Assembly: GCA_039545335.1 (NCBI GenBank)
Contig: BCIN01000007.1
Coordinates: forward strand, 744,001-808,000
DNA: 64,000 nucleotides
Direction: 5' to 3'
Origin: Kondoa subrosea
Lineage: Eukaryota
In this document: positions 34,865 through 49,318 of the stretch, piece after piece
How the letters are laid out: each line of letters begins with the position of its first letter
How positions within the stretch are numbered: position 1 is the first letter of the stretch
The notes under the pieces: model-generated
The model's database searches: none
The model's input: the letters and a program-made list of their open reading frames with translations, nothing else
Told to the model about the DNA's origin: nothing
Made by a program: the position numbers and the translations under genes

Positions 34865-36461
34865 TCAGCACGAGTATACCAACTTCTGTCGCTTAGCCTT
34901 GCCCTCTTCCATGTACTTCATACCCTCAAGAACAGAGTCCAAACCTCCCTGGAGTGTCTTGATAGGGTTCGCTTTCAATTGACCAGAAGAGATCAAGTCT
35001 GCCATGTACTTCTTTGCGAAGTTGCTTCTGAACTCCTTGTGATCAGGCATTGCAGGGATCTGTGATAATCATAAGATCATTTCATCAAAGAAGAGATAGC
35101 GCAGCTCACATCTTTGCCGAAGAACTTGAAAGCGTAACCTCCGGTTGTGTAGAGCAGCATTCCTTTGACAGTCACATTTTTTATGCCTTCTTTCTCGGCA
35201 TCGACAGGCAGAAGAGTGATGATAGTGCCACTTTCCATGCATGATGCAGCTCCTTTGGTCGAGCCTGATGAACCATCATTCAGCATACAGATCTCAATAG
35301 CTCTGACTTGGCTAACCTTTCTCGCTGATGCAATCGAGACAGGATGTAACTCCATTTGCCCCAGCCCATGATTTTACTTTAGCTCCTACATCAGCATCTT
35401 TGTAGTCAAAGCATTCGTCAGCTCCAAGGCTGGCTTGATTTCTCAGCAAAGTATATCCAAAGTGATTCGAGACATACCTCTTCAAGTAATCGTGATTTTC
35501 GGGAGAAGCAGTAGTGACTACACGCAGACCAGAGGCCTAAACATCGTCCAGTGAGTACAGATGTGATACAAAAAGCAATCAGGTTCACCTTCGCGAGCTG
35601 AATGGCGTATTGCCCGACTGATGTCGCGCCAGACCAAACAAGGAAAGGCTCGTTCGATTTGCTGCCTTCGCCAGGATTAGGCTTTTTCAGTTCGTAGTAT
35701 AGAGCCTATGACGCATTAAGATTGTGCTGCCTCTTTTGGTATATAAAACAAACGAATGCCGCTGTTTCAGCTCCAATACCTCCGATCTGGGAAAGCTTTG
35801 AATGCCAGTCGGGATCGACATTGAAAGACTCACAGCTGCAGCTTCTTCGTAAGAAGTGCCTTCTGGTATCTTCCAGACCAAATCAGAGCTGGTAAATCCA
35901 GTGAGAACTTCTAGCACAAGCAAAGCTATTTGACCTTACTCGGCCTTGACCATGTCAGCGAATGAACCGATATTTGGGTAGGTACTCCCGTGGACGCAAG
36001 AGGCAACCTTGTCACCAACTTTAATATCCTTGACTTCTGGTCCGACATCTCTAACGCTGTATATTCGATTGAGGCTAAGGTGCAAAAGCTGTCAGCCTGT
36101 TCACGCACATGCCAGCATAATCACAGCCCATTGTAGCGCCTTCCGGGGAGAGGTACCGCATATGCTTCCAATCTTTTCGGAAAGTGAGATCATGCGAGGG
36201 CATTTGGATGACCACTGACCTGTAGGATCTATGAATCCCGGCAGCGTGTCAGAGCGGTCAATGAAAGTTAATATAGCGCATACTGAGGGCTACTGCCTTA
36301 GTTTGAATGCTGGATGACAATATTTCAGGTGGATGACAAAGCAAGTTTTATGACGCTTGAACGCACAGGATCTCATTGGCTTCAATCTGTGGCACCTGCT
36401 TCTGCACAACCTGTGCATCTTTGCCGCTGCCTGGTGATTGTAGCGCTTGCATTTTGCTCAT
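34865..36461 (-). CDS. MDR-superfamily NADPH-dependent enoyl reductase/quinone oxidoreductase (ToxD/LovC-like)
   Basis: KVGDKVASCVHG, GSFADMVK, LVWKIPEGTSYEEAAA, FLVWSGATSVGQYAIQLAK, VVTTASPENHDYLK, GADECFDYKD and GGLDSVLEGMKYM. Confidence 0.88.
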
Positions 36462-36525
36462 ATTGAAATGGTTCGAAAGCAAGCGGTGGAGTTAGCGAAA
36501 CTCAAAAGCGTGTCATTATGCTCGG

Positions 36526-38991
36526 CTATTTCTGGTAAACTGTAGCCTTGGGTGCAGATAACTCCTGCAGGTAGTTCCTGATCCATTGATCTCGGGTTGC
36601 TGGATCATATTCCATGACTTGATAACGCTTGTCATGCTGAACTAGAGCAATCAATACGGTTTTATAACATGCACGTGAGCGAACTCACTCGTAGAACAGC
36701 CGAGATCTGTTCTAGATCAATCTTGCCTGCCATCTGTCTCACATCTACTTGATCCGCTTCAGCAGTTTCTTCGTCTTTCGGAACCCCCAACTCAGCATCT
36801 TTATCTGCACCTTCTCTCCTCAGTCGACCCCAATATTCAACAAAACTGTTCTCCTGCATCAAGCTGATCAAATCTTCTCTTGCTTTCAACTTGGTCTTTC
36901 TGAGCCAAGTATCGAAAAGATCTTGCAGTTTACCATCTGAATGACCCATTCTTTGAACAGTGGGATTTTCCTTCAGTTTAGGTAAGACTGCCGAGAAAGA
37001 AGTGTCCAGTCTAGGTGTAAGAGCTTCAAACAAACTTTCGAGATTGCCCAATCTTTTCGACGATAGGCTTTGTATATGATTTTGGAAGAGGTGCTGCCGA
37101 AATTGTGGTGTTAGACCAGGTAGATCGAATCTCGGATCAGGAGACAGGGAAGGAGCAGCTTCATTCCAAGGAACAGTAGGATCACGGATCGCATCAACCA
37201 AAAGACTCTTGAATTCTCTTTCGGCTTCATCTCGACCTGCCATAGATTTAGATTTGTTGTTGACTTGATCTTGTGCTGATCTTTGGGCTGCCACTTGAGC
37301 TTCTCGTTCTTTTAGACTAGCCAAAGCGCGTTCTTTCTTCTGCTGAGCTGGATCTATTTTTTGTTCCGGTTCCGCTGAGGCATTGGCAAGTGATGCGATG
37401 TACTTTTTGAAGAGTTCTTCTCGTTGTGAAGACGACTTCAAGGCCTCGTAACGGGGATCCGAGGAAAGCGAGGCCTTCGTCTATAATCATCATCAATGAG
37501 TGACGAGAAGTAGTTTTGAGAGATCGGCATACTTGCGACCATGTAGCATCAGAGTTGATCTTTGCTTCTCGCAATAGAGCTGTAAACTTCTCTTCCGCTT
37601 TCTTAGCATCTGCGCGTTTGACTGTACACCCCAAAAACAGGTGTTCAGCGACAAGCCGAGGCAGCTCCGACGGACGCACTTTCGCCAAGCTCTCTCAGCC
37701 AACTCTTGAATGCTTTCTCCCGTTCTCGATCATCTCGCCCGAACCCTCTGAACCGGTTATCCTTCTTGAACTTGAGCTTGAAATCATCCCAATGCGCTCG
37801 TGTAGAAGTGACTTCGGAGACGAGCAGAGAGCGATAGGCTGCTTCAGGCTGTACGACGAAATGGCGTTTGCATCAGCTTCAAAGCTGAAGTCGCATTGCC
37901 ATCTTACGCACATCCGCTTTGGCTTCCTCTCCCGCTGCTTCTCTTTGTTTCTTTGCTCGCTGTTCTCTGATCTTATCTTTACAGAAAGCGTCGAACAAGT
38001 CTTTGCGATCCTTCAATAGCTTGACCTCTGAACACGACAGCGTCTCAGTTCAGCAGCAACATTGACACATACGAGTATTCACGTACGAGTATATCTGGGA
38101 TCATTGACAAATTTAGGTAATTGAGAATCCCAAGGTGCTAAAGGATTTATATCTTTTTCGTAAAGCATAGCGGTAAAAGAAGCATTCGATTCGTCTGATG
38201 ACATTTGCGCTGTCTTCTCCAGCTTTTCGATAGGTTTAGATGACAGCGCTTCAAGCTCTGCAGCATCCAATCTGCTAGCTTCTTGAGCTAATTCATCGGC
38301 AATTTCTTTCTTCAGATCAGTATCGGCAATATCAGCTAACGAGTGAACGATTTTCGCCTTCTTTTTCTTAGGAGGTTTAGCTGGTTCTTGAGGTACTTCT
38401 TCTTCAGCTTGACGTTTCTTGTTGCTCTCCGCTTCCAGAGCTTCAGCTTTAACCCTTTCGATTTCAGCTTCCTCTTGTTTCCTCTTTTGCTCTGCTTCCC
38501 ATGCTTTGACTTCATCAGGTACAGTCCAAACACTTGTTTTAGTTACTGAATTCATATAAAAGATATTATCCTCCGTTGTAGTGATCTTCAACCAATCCGT
38601 TCCCTCTACAGGTGTTTTCGTTTTTGGTTTCTCTTTCTTCTTCTTCACTGGTTTTGGAGCTACTATAGGAGGAGCTTGAGGTATGATGAGTTCTCCAGTC
38701 ATTGGATCCATTTTGGCTCCAGGAGGTGGTTGTAAAGAAGGTTTATCGTAAGTCGTCACATTGGTCAATATGTTGTGATAGTATACTTGACCGGTAGGTG
38801 TTGTATGTTCTGACCAATTAGCAGGTAAGATAGGCGGCAAACTTCAGGCAAGAATCAGCTCAAGAATGACTACTCATTCACTGAACTTACTGAGCAGGGT
38901 AGCCTTCTGGCGGTGCGAAACCAGCAGGAGCAGTGGATGCCTGAGATTGGAAGCCAGGCGGAGGACCAGGAGGAGGTGGAACGTTTGCCAT
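36526..38991 (-). CDS. TCERG1: WW/FF-domain splicing and transcription-elongation factor (TCERG1/CA150/Urn1-like)
   Basis: Pro-rich start, WW domains (LPANWSEHTTPTGQVYYHN...TTYDKP; TDWLKITT..NIFYMNSVTKTSVW) and FF repeats (FTAMLYEKDINPLAPWD...DPRY; FKSLLVDAIRDP..W...DPRF). Confidence 0.88.
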
Positions 38992-39697
38992 TGATTTGGC
39001 TGCTCTTTATGGAATAGATGTCCTCGACGAATAGGCAACACAATCGACCAGAGTTCTTTCAGTAAATAGGAGAATACCACTAGACAGTTTTGCAGAGTGC
39101 TCGAAGTCCCGCTTGCTAGATATGCAGCCAATAAAGCGTAAGCAATCTGCCAAAGTTCCAACAGCACAGCTGCCTCAGGTAAAGGTGTAAAGGTGTCGCT
39201 TATCAGCCTGTGGTATATGCCAGTGCACCGAGGTATTGTCCAGCCTTCTCGGGGGAATCTAGCCAATTGCTCTTGCTCGTGCGGAAGCAAGTTTTGTCGA
39301 AAATGCAAACAGGCTTGACGAGCGACCTCGGACTGCTACAATGCACTAACACACTTGTTTTGCTCTATACGATAGTACTTCAAAGCGCCTGCTCGCAACC
39401 CGTTGCAAAAATCTCGTTTCTATTTCGAATTCACTTACAGTATACCAGGCTTGCTTGCGAGCGTACGCTGCTCCTGCTTCCTGACTGCATCGATAGCTAG
39501 GTCGAGACTCGTGCGATCTTCAGGTCCTCTTGTGGACATGCGAACCTGCACTAGTGTCATGCCGCTCTGGTTTTCTCCGCGACTCCATAATGACCTGATT
39601 GATGATTCAAAGCGAATTACCAACTTCGGCTGATCTTCTCTCTCTCTTCTTGTTCTCCAACTACTTCAGGTCTTTCCATTATCTGGTTTCTGGCAAC

Positions 39698-41469
39698 ATG
39701 GTTTCTTCATTACTCAGTAGTATCGCCCTGTTATGCGCTACTTCGGCTTTGGCAAATCCTCTTTCTCTCGACAAGCGCAATGGAGACTGCAACGCAGGTT
39801 ACGACGTTAATGCATACAATGGGCTTGGTCCGGACAATGCAAATTGCGAGCGCAAGACTTACCAAGTTGAAGTTACCAGCAACAACTACGTCTTTACTAA
39901 CGTCCAAAGCAACGCAAACGAAACCTACCTCACTAAACTTCTTCAAACCTTTGTGGCAGATTTGCCTGCTGGCACCAACTTCTCGTCTGAATATCTCAAT
40001 GGAGGTGTAAAGAAGAACTTGACCAAAACTTATGAAATCTCTGGGTACGAATATAACTATGAATGGGACAATGAAAGCTGATCTGACATTGCAGTACCCT
40101 GTGCACTCCAAAGAATCGCAACGGGAAACCATCAACAACAGTGCAGCTTTTGGTTCACGGTGTATGCTGTACATTTCTACGAGCTGTTGGGACGTGCTGA
40201 TCCCACTTTTGTATTCAGATCGGCTTCGACTCAAGCTACTACAATTTCGTTGGCCAGGACATTAGCGAAGGCTATTCCTACGTTCGAACTGCTGCGAGTC
40301 ACGGCTATACCACTTTCCGCTACGATAGATTGGGCACTGGGTTGTCAGAACACCCTGCAGACGCTTACAAGTGAGTCTTCATGGTCTGTACTACGACCTA
40401 GCTGACTGATCCACAGCGTCGTACAAGGACCAACCGATCTGGCCATTCTCAATGAAATCAGCTCAATGCTGCGAGCAGGCAAGATTGGTAACACTTCGTT
40501 CAAGACTATTGTCGGTGTTGGTCACTCGTATGGCTCAGTCCAGCTCAACGCTTTGAACGGCGCAAGCCCTTCAGCTGTTGATCACGTTATCCTGACTGGT
40601 TTTACAGCCAATACGTAAGTTCTACCTTTCCAACCAGTTCAGTATCTCAGCTAATATAAGCAAGACAGATCTGCTGTGCCGCTCTACCTCACCAGCACTG
40701 CTTACTCTACTGCAACTCAAGTCTTTCCCAAGAGATTTTCTACCAGTGAATTGACTGTGAGTATACATGCGCTCATATGAAGATTTCTCGTCTGACAATC
40801 TTTTACGCAGAATGCCTACTTGACTACTCTGGCTCCTCAAACCAATCAGCTCAACTTCTTCGTACGTGTTCTTCTTACAAGGAGGAGATATAGCTTATCT
40901 ATTTGTGCAGTATTTCCCATACTACACCGACGCAGCCAACACTCGCGCCAGACAGACTGAACAGCCAGTCACTCAGGGTAAGTCTGAAGCAATCGTGATC
41001 AAGAACATGGCTTATGAACTTGGTTACAGGTGTATTATTCACATTTGGAATGTTACCTGGACCAGCAAAGAACTTCAAGGGCAAAGTACACGTCGTCACC
41101 GGTTCCAATGATTGGATCTTCTGCTTAAACAAGTGAACCGCGCACCTCTGAATGATTTAGATCGATCTGATTTACTCTCTTTAGCTGCTATGCTGTACCT
41201 CAAGGCTCGGACCGTGCTTCCATCCTGGACTTTGTAGCCGATCTGTACCCATCTAATGGCGGATTCTCCAGTATGTCTCTCGTCTGATTGCTTCTTGACA
41301 AAGCTCATTCGGCTGATAGCTTCAATTCCTGCTAACACTGGACATGCTCAGTCAGTTTCTGTATCGCCGGTACCTGTGCAACGAACTGACTTTCGTCCAT
41401 AGATTCCAACACTTGTCTGCGCCTCAATCGATCGAGCAGATCCAAGAATGGCTCGACGCGAATTTGTGA
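39698..41469 (+). CDS. Secreted alpha/beta-hydrolase
   Basis: Signal peptide MVSSLLSSIALLCATSALANP, QLLVHGIGFDSSY, YDRLGTG, nucleophile elbow VGVGHSYGS, and VVTGSNDWIFC. Confidence 0.85.
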
Positions 41470-41736
41470 GGACAGAAAAGTCACTCGAGTTTTTGCTTAT
41501 AACAACGCAATAATGTCTATCGTTTGAAATGTATAAATACTTTTTTCGTTCTTGCTATGAGAGTGATTCTATGATGTGGTTATCGACAATGCTGTTGACT
41601 ATAAAAAGATGGAGTATGCCCATGCGATTCTATTACCGCTGTATACTTCATGAAGAGGGAAAATATATGGGCAGGCATAATGCTTTTGAGGGCAAAGGCG
41701 CAAAGACGATCAGGCAGAAGATGGCGTCCCTTCTAC

Positions 41737-43491
41737 TCAAGCAGTATCTGTATCAGCTGAATTGTAGTAGCAGGAGCATGCGTCTACACCTTTGTATAGA
41801 TCAGGAGACCCTTTTTCATTTGGTGTGTCTTGCTCTGGATTGAGCTCGTAGTATTTTACTGTATCGAATGAGGACCGTCCGAGACAGGTCAACACTAAAG
41901 ACGCACTGTATTTGAGGAAGTGATAGATAGCAGAGGCAAGTAGAGCACCAATAGTCGGCCCGACCCCTGACAGGTTCTTAGCAGTATTTGGCTGCCTTTG
42001 GGCTGAAGACTAACCAATAGACCCAATGATCGGAGTCTGCAAGCAAAATAAAGAAGAGGACACTGCAGGCGAGAGTACGCACCGAAACCGCTGTTGACTG
42101 CTGGTTTAAATGCTGTGGCGCTATTCATTCCTGCTCCGGTGTAGACCACAGCCCAAAGGTGCGAGACCTGATCCAGCATTAGTCTAAAGTGACTTGAAAA
42201 GTCTCGCGCTGACGAATAGACACAGACCAATACCAATCGGAGCGATGAAGGTGCTCTGCAAGTATTAAATCAGCCACAGTTTCTGTTATTTATCGAAGAA
42301 CTTGCTCTATGTTTCTCAGCAGCGAGCATCAAGACAGCCAAACATAGCGCAGCTGTGATCTTCGCGAATTTCAGATGAGGTAGCAAAGAATAGGGCTGAA
42401 GGCTCACGAAACATTCTACGAAGACTCCTTGAGCTTTGCTGGTACCAGCTGAAAGTGCCGGAGAGACTTGAAGGGAGCCAGGGGCAAGACCATCCAGAAT
42501 AGCAGATGCCACCTGTCGCTTGTCTTGTTCAGCTAGATTGACGATAAAGGGACCAGACCGACGATGGCCCCGACAATCTGCGCGATAAAGAACTGTACAA
42601 ATCGAGGGAAGCTGCCCTTACTGAACGTCAGATAATTGGGCGCAGTGTTGAAAGACAAACCTGATGTCTTGACATAGCAGAAGAGCAAAAGCGACTGTAC
42701 GCAATCATCCTCCTTTAGCTAAATCTAGCAGAATAAAAATGATGTCCTATACCATTCGGGTTGAACACAGCCTTGAGTGGTAATGAATAAGTGGTAGTCT
42801 TGGATAGAGATGGCAAACTCACTCCAGATACGCGGTCTGGGCAAATGACATTAGGCTGATGAAGACAAAGAATCTGAGTTGTAGCATTCACAGAAGATCC
42901 AGGCAGCGACACTGATACAGCTATCAGCGCAGAACACAAATGACGATCAACATCATACAGCAAAGCCAGACCCTAAAACTAGACTTTCAGTTTCATGAAT
43001 CGGACTCGTCATACTGACATACCATAGAAGTAGAAATATAGAGCAATTGCTCAAGTCCAGCCTGTTATTCATGGCCATTGAGCAAACGTCTCGGAATTTG
43101 TATCTCGTCAACTGACCACTCCAGGGGTGCCGTTATTGGTCGAGGAAGAAGTAGCACTAGCCTGGATACCTCCTATATATCGAGAGAGCATCAGACCCAA
43201 AAATATCGCGAAGGACCGTGCACACCTAAACCGAGCAGTAGAAAAAGGATAGAACCCAGACACTCGCTACAGTCTCGATCAGTCGCATAAGTTGAGAAGA
43301 GACATAGCAACAAGCGCTTGAAACACGCACTCCTTCTTGAAAGTCTTGCTGGAATAAGTCAGCTTCATCACTACTGGTATATAATGCTCGATGGGTATTC
43401 CAGAGTATCGCTTGACCGTATCAAGACAAGACTTTATGTCAAGCAATGGAAAAGGATTCGTCTGAATCGGTGAACTTTTTTCAAGCACCAT
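41737..43491 (-). CDS. Aquaporin (MIP family), paralog A with non-canonical loop E (NSAT)
   Basis: ECLGSILFLLLGLGGIQA, YRVSGAVFNPNVAFAL, AQIVGAIVASAILDGL, APIGIGLCLFVSHLWAVVYTGAGMNSATAFKPAV. Start position approximate. Confidence 0.88.
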
Positions 43492-43660
43492 GCCATGAGT
43501 GGAAGACTTCCCAGATATCTATAATCATGCACATGCTATCTAAAAGGTTGGGAGAAACGAGAATCTAAGTATGTAATCATGCGAGTATGTATGCTTGCAG
43601 AATGAAAGTGTTGGCCATGATGTCGTGTATGATATCGAGGATGTAGCAGTATAGAGTAAT

Positions 43661-45125
43661 TTAGACGTTTCCGTTGCCTGTGGATTGACCAGGAGTTCCA
43701 TTGGCATCTGCTTGCAATTTCAGCTCTGTCGAACTTATCGGAAGCTGGGTAACAACTCACCGGTGTACAATTCTGGTGACGCTTTTTCATGAGTAGCATC
43801 TTGACCAGGATTCAGGTCGTAATCTATCAAGAACCATAAGTTCTGTAAACTCAGAAGAACGAATATCTAAGCGCACAATGTATAAAGCGTAAGAAATGAT
43901 AGATGGCAGCAGCTAGTAGTCCTCCGAGAGATGGTCCGACCCCTGTGCACCTTCAACGCTTATCTTCTCCCAATTCAAAGATAACTCACAGTAGATCCAA
44001 TGCGTTCCAGCAAAACTACCAGCAACTACAGCAGGCCCAAAAGCCCGAGCTGTGTTCATCGCTGCACCTGTATATACGACGGCCCATAGATGATTGACGA
44101 ATAATGTGAGGCCAATTCCAAGAGGAGCCTTCGCGCCCCAAAACGGTCAGAACTCGTATAAGTGCATATGACCAACAGCATACCAAGTGAGCTGTTAAAT
44201 GCCAGTCATCAACATTGTGGGCAGTGTTGAAGAATATACTGACTAGATTTGTGCTTCTCTGCAGCCAATAGCAGTACAGAAAGACATAGCGCAGCAGTAA
44301 TCTAAACATTTCGTATCAGTGTTTCTTCCCTCTATCAAGACAACACGACTCACAAACATCTCAATGAATACTCCTTGAGCTATACTCACACCAGCACTCA
44401 AACTAGGGGCGACAACCAAAGCTCCGGGAGTCAATCCGTCCAATATAGCGGAGGCGACGATTGCGCCAACGAGTTGTGCTACGCAATACATAATAAATCG
44501 AGGTATAGTGAGCACTTTGCAGAGAACCAAGGCTAAGGCGACGTTCGGGTTGAAGACAGAACCAGAAACACGATCTACTTTTGCTCAGGAGCCTATTTCA
44601 TGTTGATGAGCTGGACTCACAGAACATCCATGCTGCTACGAGCTGGTACAAAGATCAGTCGATACTTCATCAGTGTGAGCGACGACGACAGACCAATCCC
44701 AGGCCCATGCTCGTTGATATGTACATCTGGGTCCCAACGTGAGAATAGCATTACAAGCGTAGATAGCGTACGTACCAGTTGATCAATAGATGCGACAGCG
44801 GTAACACTTGCAGCGCCATCACCCGAAGCATTTTGTGCAGCTTGTTGACTATTTTGGGATCTGCTGAAACATCAGCCTCGCTCAAACAATGCATCAAATG
44901 GTCTGGCTGACCTGGCAGCTGCTTGTATACCACCCAAACCAACCAATAAGAATACAACAGTGCCCAGAAATTCGCTAAGGTGAAGATTAGGTATAGCTCT
45001 TCCAGGTGATCGTGAAGAATCACGTCAGCGTCGCCAATAAGCTGATGTAATGGTTAGAACGCGCTCAGTAGTCATTCAAAACAGCTGACTCACTCTGTCT
45101 TCAGTGTTTTGCTATCATACTTCAT
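43661..45125 (-). CDS. Aquaporin (MIP family), paralog B (NPN/NTAR)
   Basis: EFLGTVVFLLVGLGGIQAA, SGSVFNPNVALAL, APLGIGLTLFVNHLWAVVYTGAAMNTARAFGPAV and HWIY. Confidence 0.92.
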
Positions 45126-46090
45126 GGTTGGCCGATCCTGAAAAGCGAGAATTCGAAAAAGCGATTTGTGAGGAAACGCGACTTCAAAAATGCGAATCGT
45201 CTGCTCCACAACCAGTGTAGTCCAAGTTGGCAAGTCTGTGGACAGTAGCGGATTCACTGCTTCGTCTAGTCACCAGCGCTTTCGTCTCTTTTGACGTCAG
45301 AACTTAAAAAACATAATCTTACAAAATCGCGACAGACCAGTGCAATTTTTCTCAACACGGGTTGTTCTCTCACGCTGTTACAGTGACTCCTTTCGCTCTC
45401 CATCGCTCTATCTCATTGCAAAAGATCGCTGTGTCGCTGAACAACTCCGCTCGCAAGCTTTGTGAAAATTTGCATCCTTGAACATTTTCGTGTCGACAAG
45501 CTACTCAGCTACTTCTATCTCAGTCGCTCCTATGCATCATTCTCGCTCTGACGGACGCGACCTCTCTGCTCTCTGTATAGCTTACGATTCTTCCGCTTCG
45601 GCTTTATTCCAAGATGTCAATCTGCCGCCCTCTTAGACAGTGCCAACATACTTTACAATTCAAGCTGGTATAAGTTGGTGATTTGGGCGAGCAGAGATCA
45701 AAAGAACCTGTCTAGAGCTCGGCGGTGCATATCCTTTATTGGATTGATTTCACGCTGGAACGAGTGTCAGAACGTTTTCTACAATATCTTATCTTCCGGT
45801 GGAGCAAGAGTATGAACAAAGGGTGGTACTGTAGTGATATTCCAAGCTTTTGCAATACAATTCCGCTTACAGAAAGTACATCATTGCCCTCGACTTCGCC
45901 TATTTCCGCTCTGCTCCTGTGACAAGAAAATCCCTGCTCAGATTCTTTGATCTGATGCTCTAGTGATTCGTTGTTTCAAAGCACATTGATACATTCAATA
46001 ATACAGCAACGATCTTATCATGCACTATACAAATTTGAGACACATTCTTTACAGGTTCACACCACACTTCTTCTCTTGTCATTGTCCTCC

Positions 46091-46700
46091 TCACATGACC
46101 CTCACTGAACTCATCTGTTCTTGACTAGCATACAGGGGCAGCGTTTGTACAGTTCTCGGGTTGATTTCATCATATTCTGGTGTATTGAGTCCATGATATG
46201 ATAGCGTTCTTCTATTCTGGAAATAGCGTTCAGCCCAAACATCTCTATTGGCTGCTGCTTCATTTTCGGCTGAAACTACTTGATCAGGTGAGGCATTGAG
46301 TTGTTCATGTAAAGGAAAGGGGCCGCCATAAGTTGACGATGTTCGGAGATGTGGGAATTGACGACGAAGTTGATTGACTGCTTGAAGACCCGGTTCGGTG
46401 GTAGCTGCGAAACCCGTCTCAATGCATTCGGTTGTTGGGAGGTGAAAGTGCTCACTAGGCAAGAGACCTATTCTTGCACCCCCTAGACTTGCTTCATGAG
46501 TGAGTACTCTGTTTAAGCGTAAGTCACATAGAATACTATCCGATCGCATAAGATCTACCTGAATTGCTCTTCGCCTATTTGCAAGACCCGCCCTCGATTT
46601 CTATGCCCACAAGTAGATTAGCTTTCGATTTGTCAGAAGATCATGAAGCTTACGTCGCTCGCAAGTACAAGCATAGATAACGCATTTTGACAACGACATG
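46091..46700 (-). CDS. Small hypothetical protein
   Basis: 152-aa ORF at 46091-46549 with plausible upstream short exons (GTAAGC donor near 46650). No family recognised. Confidence 0.3.
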
Positions 46701-47047
46701 CTGAGCTGGTCTGTCCTTCTTGGATAAGAACTTGCTACTCGACCACATCATTGAGCTGGAGAGATATCTTGATGCATAGGGATCTTACGCTACGATATAA
46801 CAGCTCAAGACCTCTTCGATTGCTATAGTATCATCTCCACAGCTGTCCAATAATCTGCCAATCGCCTGATTACTTTGCATCAGAGCGCTCATGAGGATCA
46901 GACTAATTCTTGTTCCGCGCTCACTACTTGATTTAGCATAGTCAATTTCACATCTGATGTACAAGTATTAAATGCTTGTGATTGGTTGCAGAAAGACAAG
47001 AATAGCATCTCTTGTCGATGGTGTCCCGCTTTCGCCGCTTTCCTTTC

Positions 47048-49318
47048 TCAAGTACTTATTATATCCACTCCTACAGCAATCCTAGAATGCAACATCGCAA
47101 CCATCTCTTTGACCCATTCTCCAAGTAAAACCACATTAGTCAATAAAGTAGATAAATCCGTTTCATCTTCACAAATTTTGATCCGAATAGCCTTCGTCCG
47201 TGTATAATGATCAGCAAAAGGTTCAGAAGAAGTATGCAATCGTTGAACAGCCAAAACGGAAACTGATGGAGAAGGAGCGCAAGTAGAGGTTTCGTCTTCA
47301 CCGTTCAGGGCTTCTGCTAATGCGTCAACCAAGATCAAACTCTCTCGACGTTCGTGTAGGAATAGATCGAAACCTTCTGTTGCTTCTCGGATGCTGGAAA
47401 CTGCTTGTACCAAAGTGCTGAGGAGAGACGGGAAAGACTGTCTGCTTGCGGTATCAAGTGATAGGTATGTAGAAGGACAGAGAAGAGAAGCGGAAATACT
47501 CGTAAGAGCATCCGTGAGAGCTAGATTGGTGTCTGCCGAATTGACCAAAAAACTCTTTGCCATCTTGAACAATTCTATCATTAAAGCAGTGCTACCACTT
47601 CCTTCGGCTTTTATAATATGTGCTTGATGTAATTGTGACCGAAAAGAAGGTGATTGAGCAAGTCTTTGTTTCGCGCTGGCCAAGTAAGGTGAATAAAGTG
47701 GATCATCCAATTTCGGCTCGTTCTTGCCATCTTCGAAAGACTTGCATAGCTGTAACAGTTCCTTAAGCTGATTGAGTCGGTTCGTGAGTTCTTGAGCTAT
47801 CGAAGGTTTCTCTGACTCTGGATCAGGGTATAAGAAAGCTTCTTCAGAATCAAAGCTGCCATTGCGAGTATGCGAGTTGTGGGCGACCAGAAAGAGTTCT
47901 TCAGCTTTACTGGATTTGGATAAAAGAGTATGAAGGAGTTTGAGCGCTGCTATTCGAGGTGGATCTGATTCAGCTGGAAGATTTCCGAACAGCAGATCTT
48001 CCAGTGTGCTAAAGCTTTCAGTCCTTGTCCCGTTCTGGGTCGTATTTGAAGGATAAACGAAACCATTCGACAGTGACTAGTTCGATCCGCATCAGCTTAT
48101 TTGATCTCGGAGGTCATTATAAGTTTTGCTCACCTTCTTCTCTATCAAGAACCCATTCAAAGCTTCTAATAACCCTCCATCTTCTTCACAAACTCCAACA
48201 ACGCAATTCAACCAAGAACAAATCATTTCACCATCTTCTTCTGCTTTCAATCTAGGCACAATCGCATTCTCCCAGAATAAAGTCTTGATATGAAGTACTA
48301 TGTCTTCTTTAAAAGAAGAAGCAATCAATTCTCTTTCTCTATCACCACCAGAATTATTATTGGGTGAAAGTAGTTTATCTGTGAATTTGATCAAATCCAA
48401 AAAATGATGCATACTAATTTCTGTTGGATCAATAATACTTGGTATGAGGGAGTAAGCAGCAGCCAAGGAACAAGCCAACACTTCAGCGAAACTTGAATCG
48501 AGGATATGTTCTGCAAAAGCCAATAGTAAAGAAGTGTCGTTGCTCTCATTGTTGGAAAGGGGTAGGAGTTCTGTTGGTAATGTTGAATCCACTAATGATT
48601 TAGATGAGGAATATAGAGCGAGATGAACGAGGGAAAGAAGGGATTGGTGAGCTAATGTTCCTGCTTGATTGTCTTGATGAAATGATTGCAGTAAGATGGA
48701 GAAGAGGAAACATTCTGATGGCAGGGAAGGTTGAGAATGCAATGCTGAGTCGTCTGGATCTATGAGGTGTTGCGGCGGTTGAAAGAAGTGTTTGAGCAAC
48801 ATTGGCATTTGATCTACAGCGTGACATATTGAATTGATGAGCTGTTGTACTTGTTCTTGGTATTCCTGCATGTCTTCTCTTCTACTTGCAATGTCTTGCA
48901 GCGACTGCAGAATGGGCTCATGAACGGATGCATGTTCAAGCAGATGTAGATCATTTTGTATGAGCGAAGTGCAGAAGAAAAGGATAAGAGGAAGAGCAGA
49001 AGCAGGTGCGAGTGCTATAAGCTGACCCAGCAAGCCTTTCGTCAAGAATTGATTTCGACAATGCTTGTCTTTCAGTATAGCTTTGCACAGGCTGGACAAG
49101 CGTTCTTCTAGCGGGATGACGGGTAACTTGTCTTTCTTGACTGCAACATCGCTTGCCGGAGCCTTCAGAATAATCTGTCGCGACTCAATGAGCTGTCGAA
49201 TCCATTTGCTAAACAAACAGATAAGTACCTCTAATTCAGCCCAATTCTGTTGGAAGGTTTCTAGTTGAGTGTTTGTAGAGGACGCTGTCCTTTTCGTGAA
49301 GCCCAGTCGCGCGAACAT
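47048..49318 (-). CDS. FHIP/FAM160 (RAI16-like) FTS-Hook-interacting protein
   Basis: CFLFSILLQSFHQDNQAGTLAHQSLLSL, ILDSSFAEVLACSLAAAYSLIP, NLALTDALTSISA and C-terminal LLTNVVLLGEWVKEMVAMLHSR. The ORFs join through an intron at 48077-48133. Confidence 0.75.
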
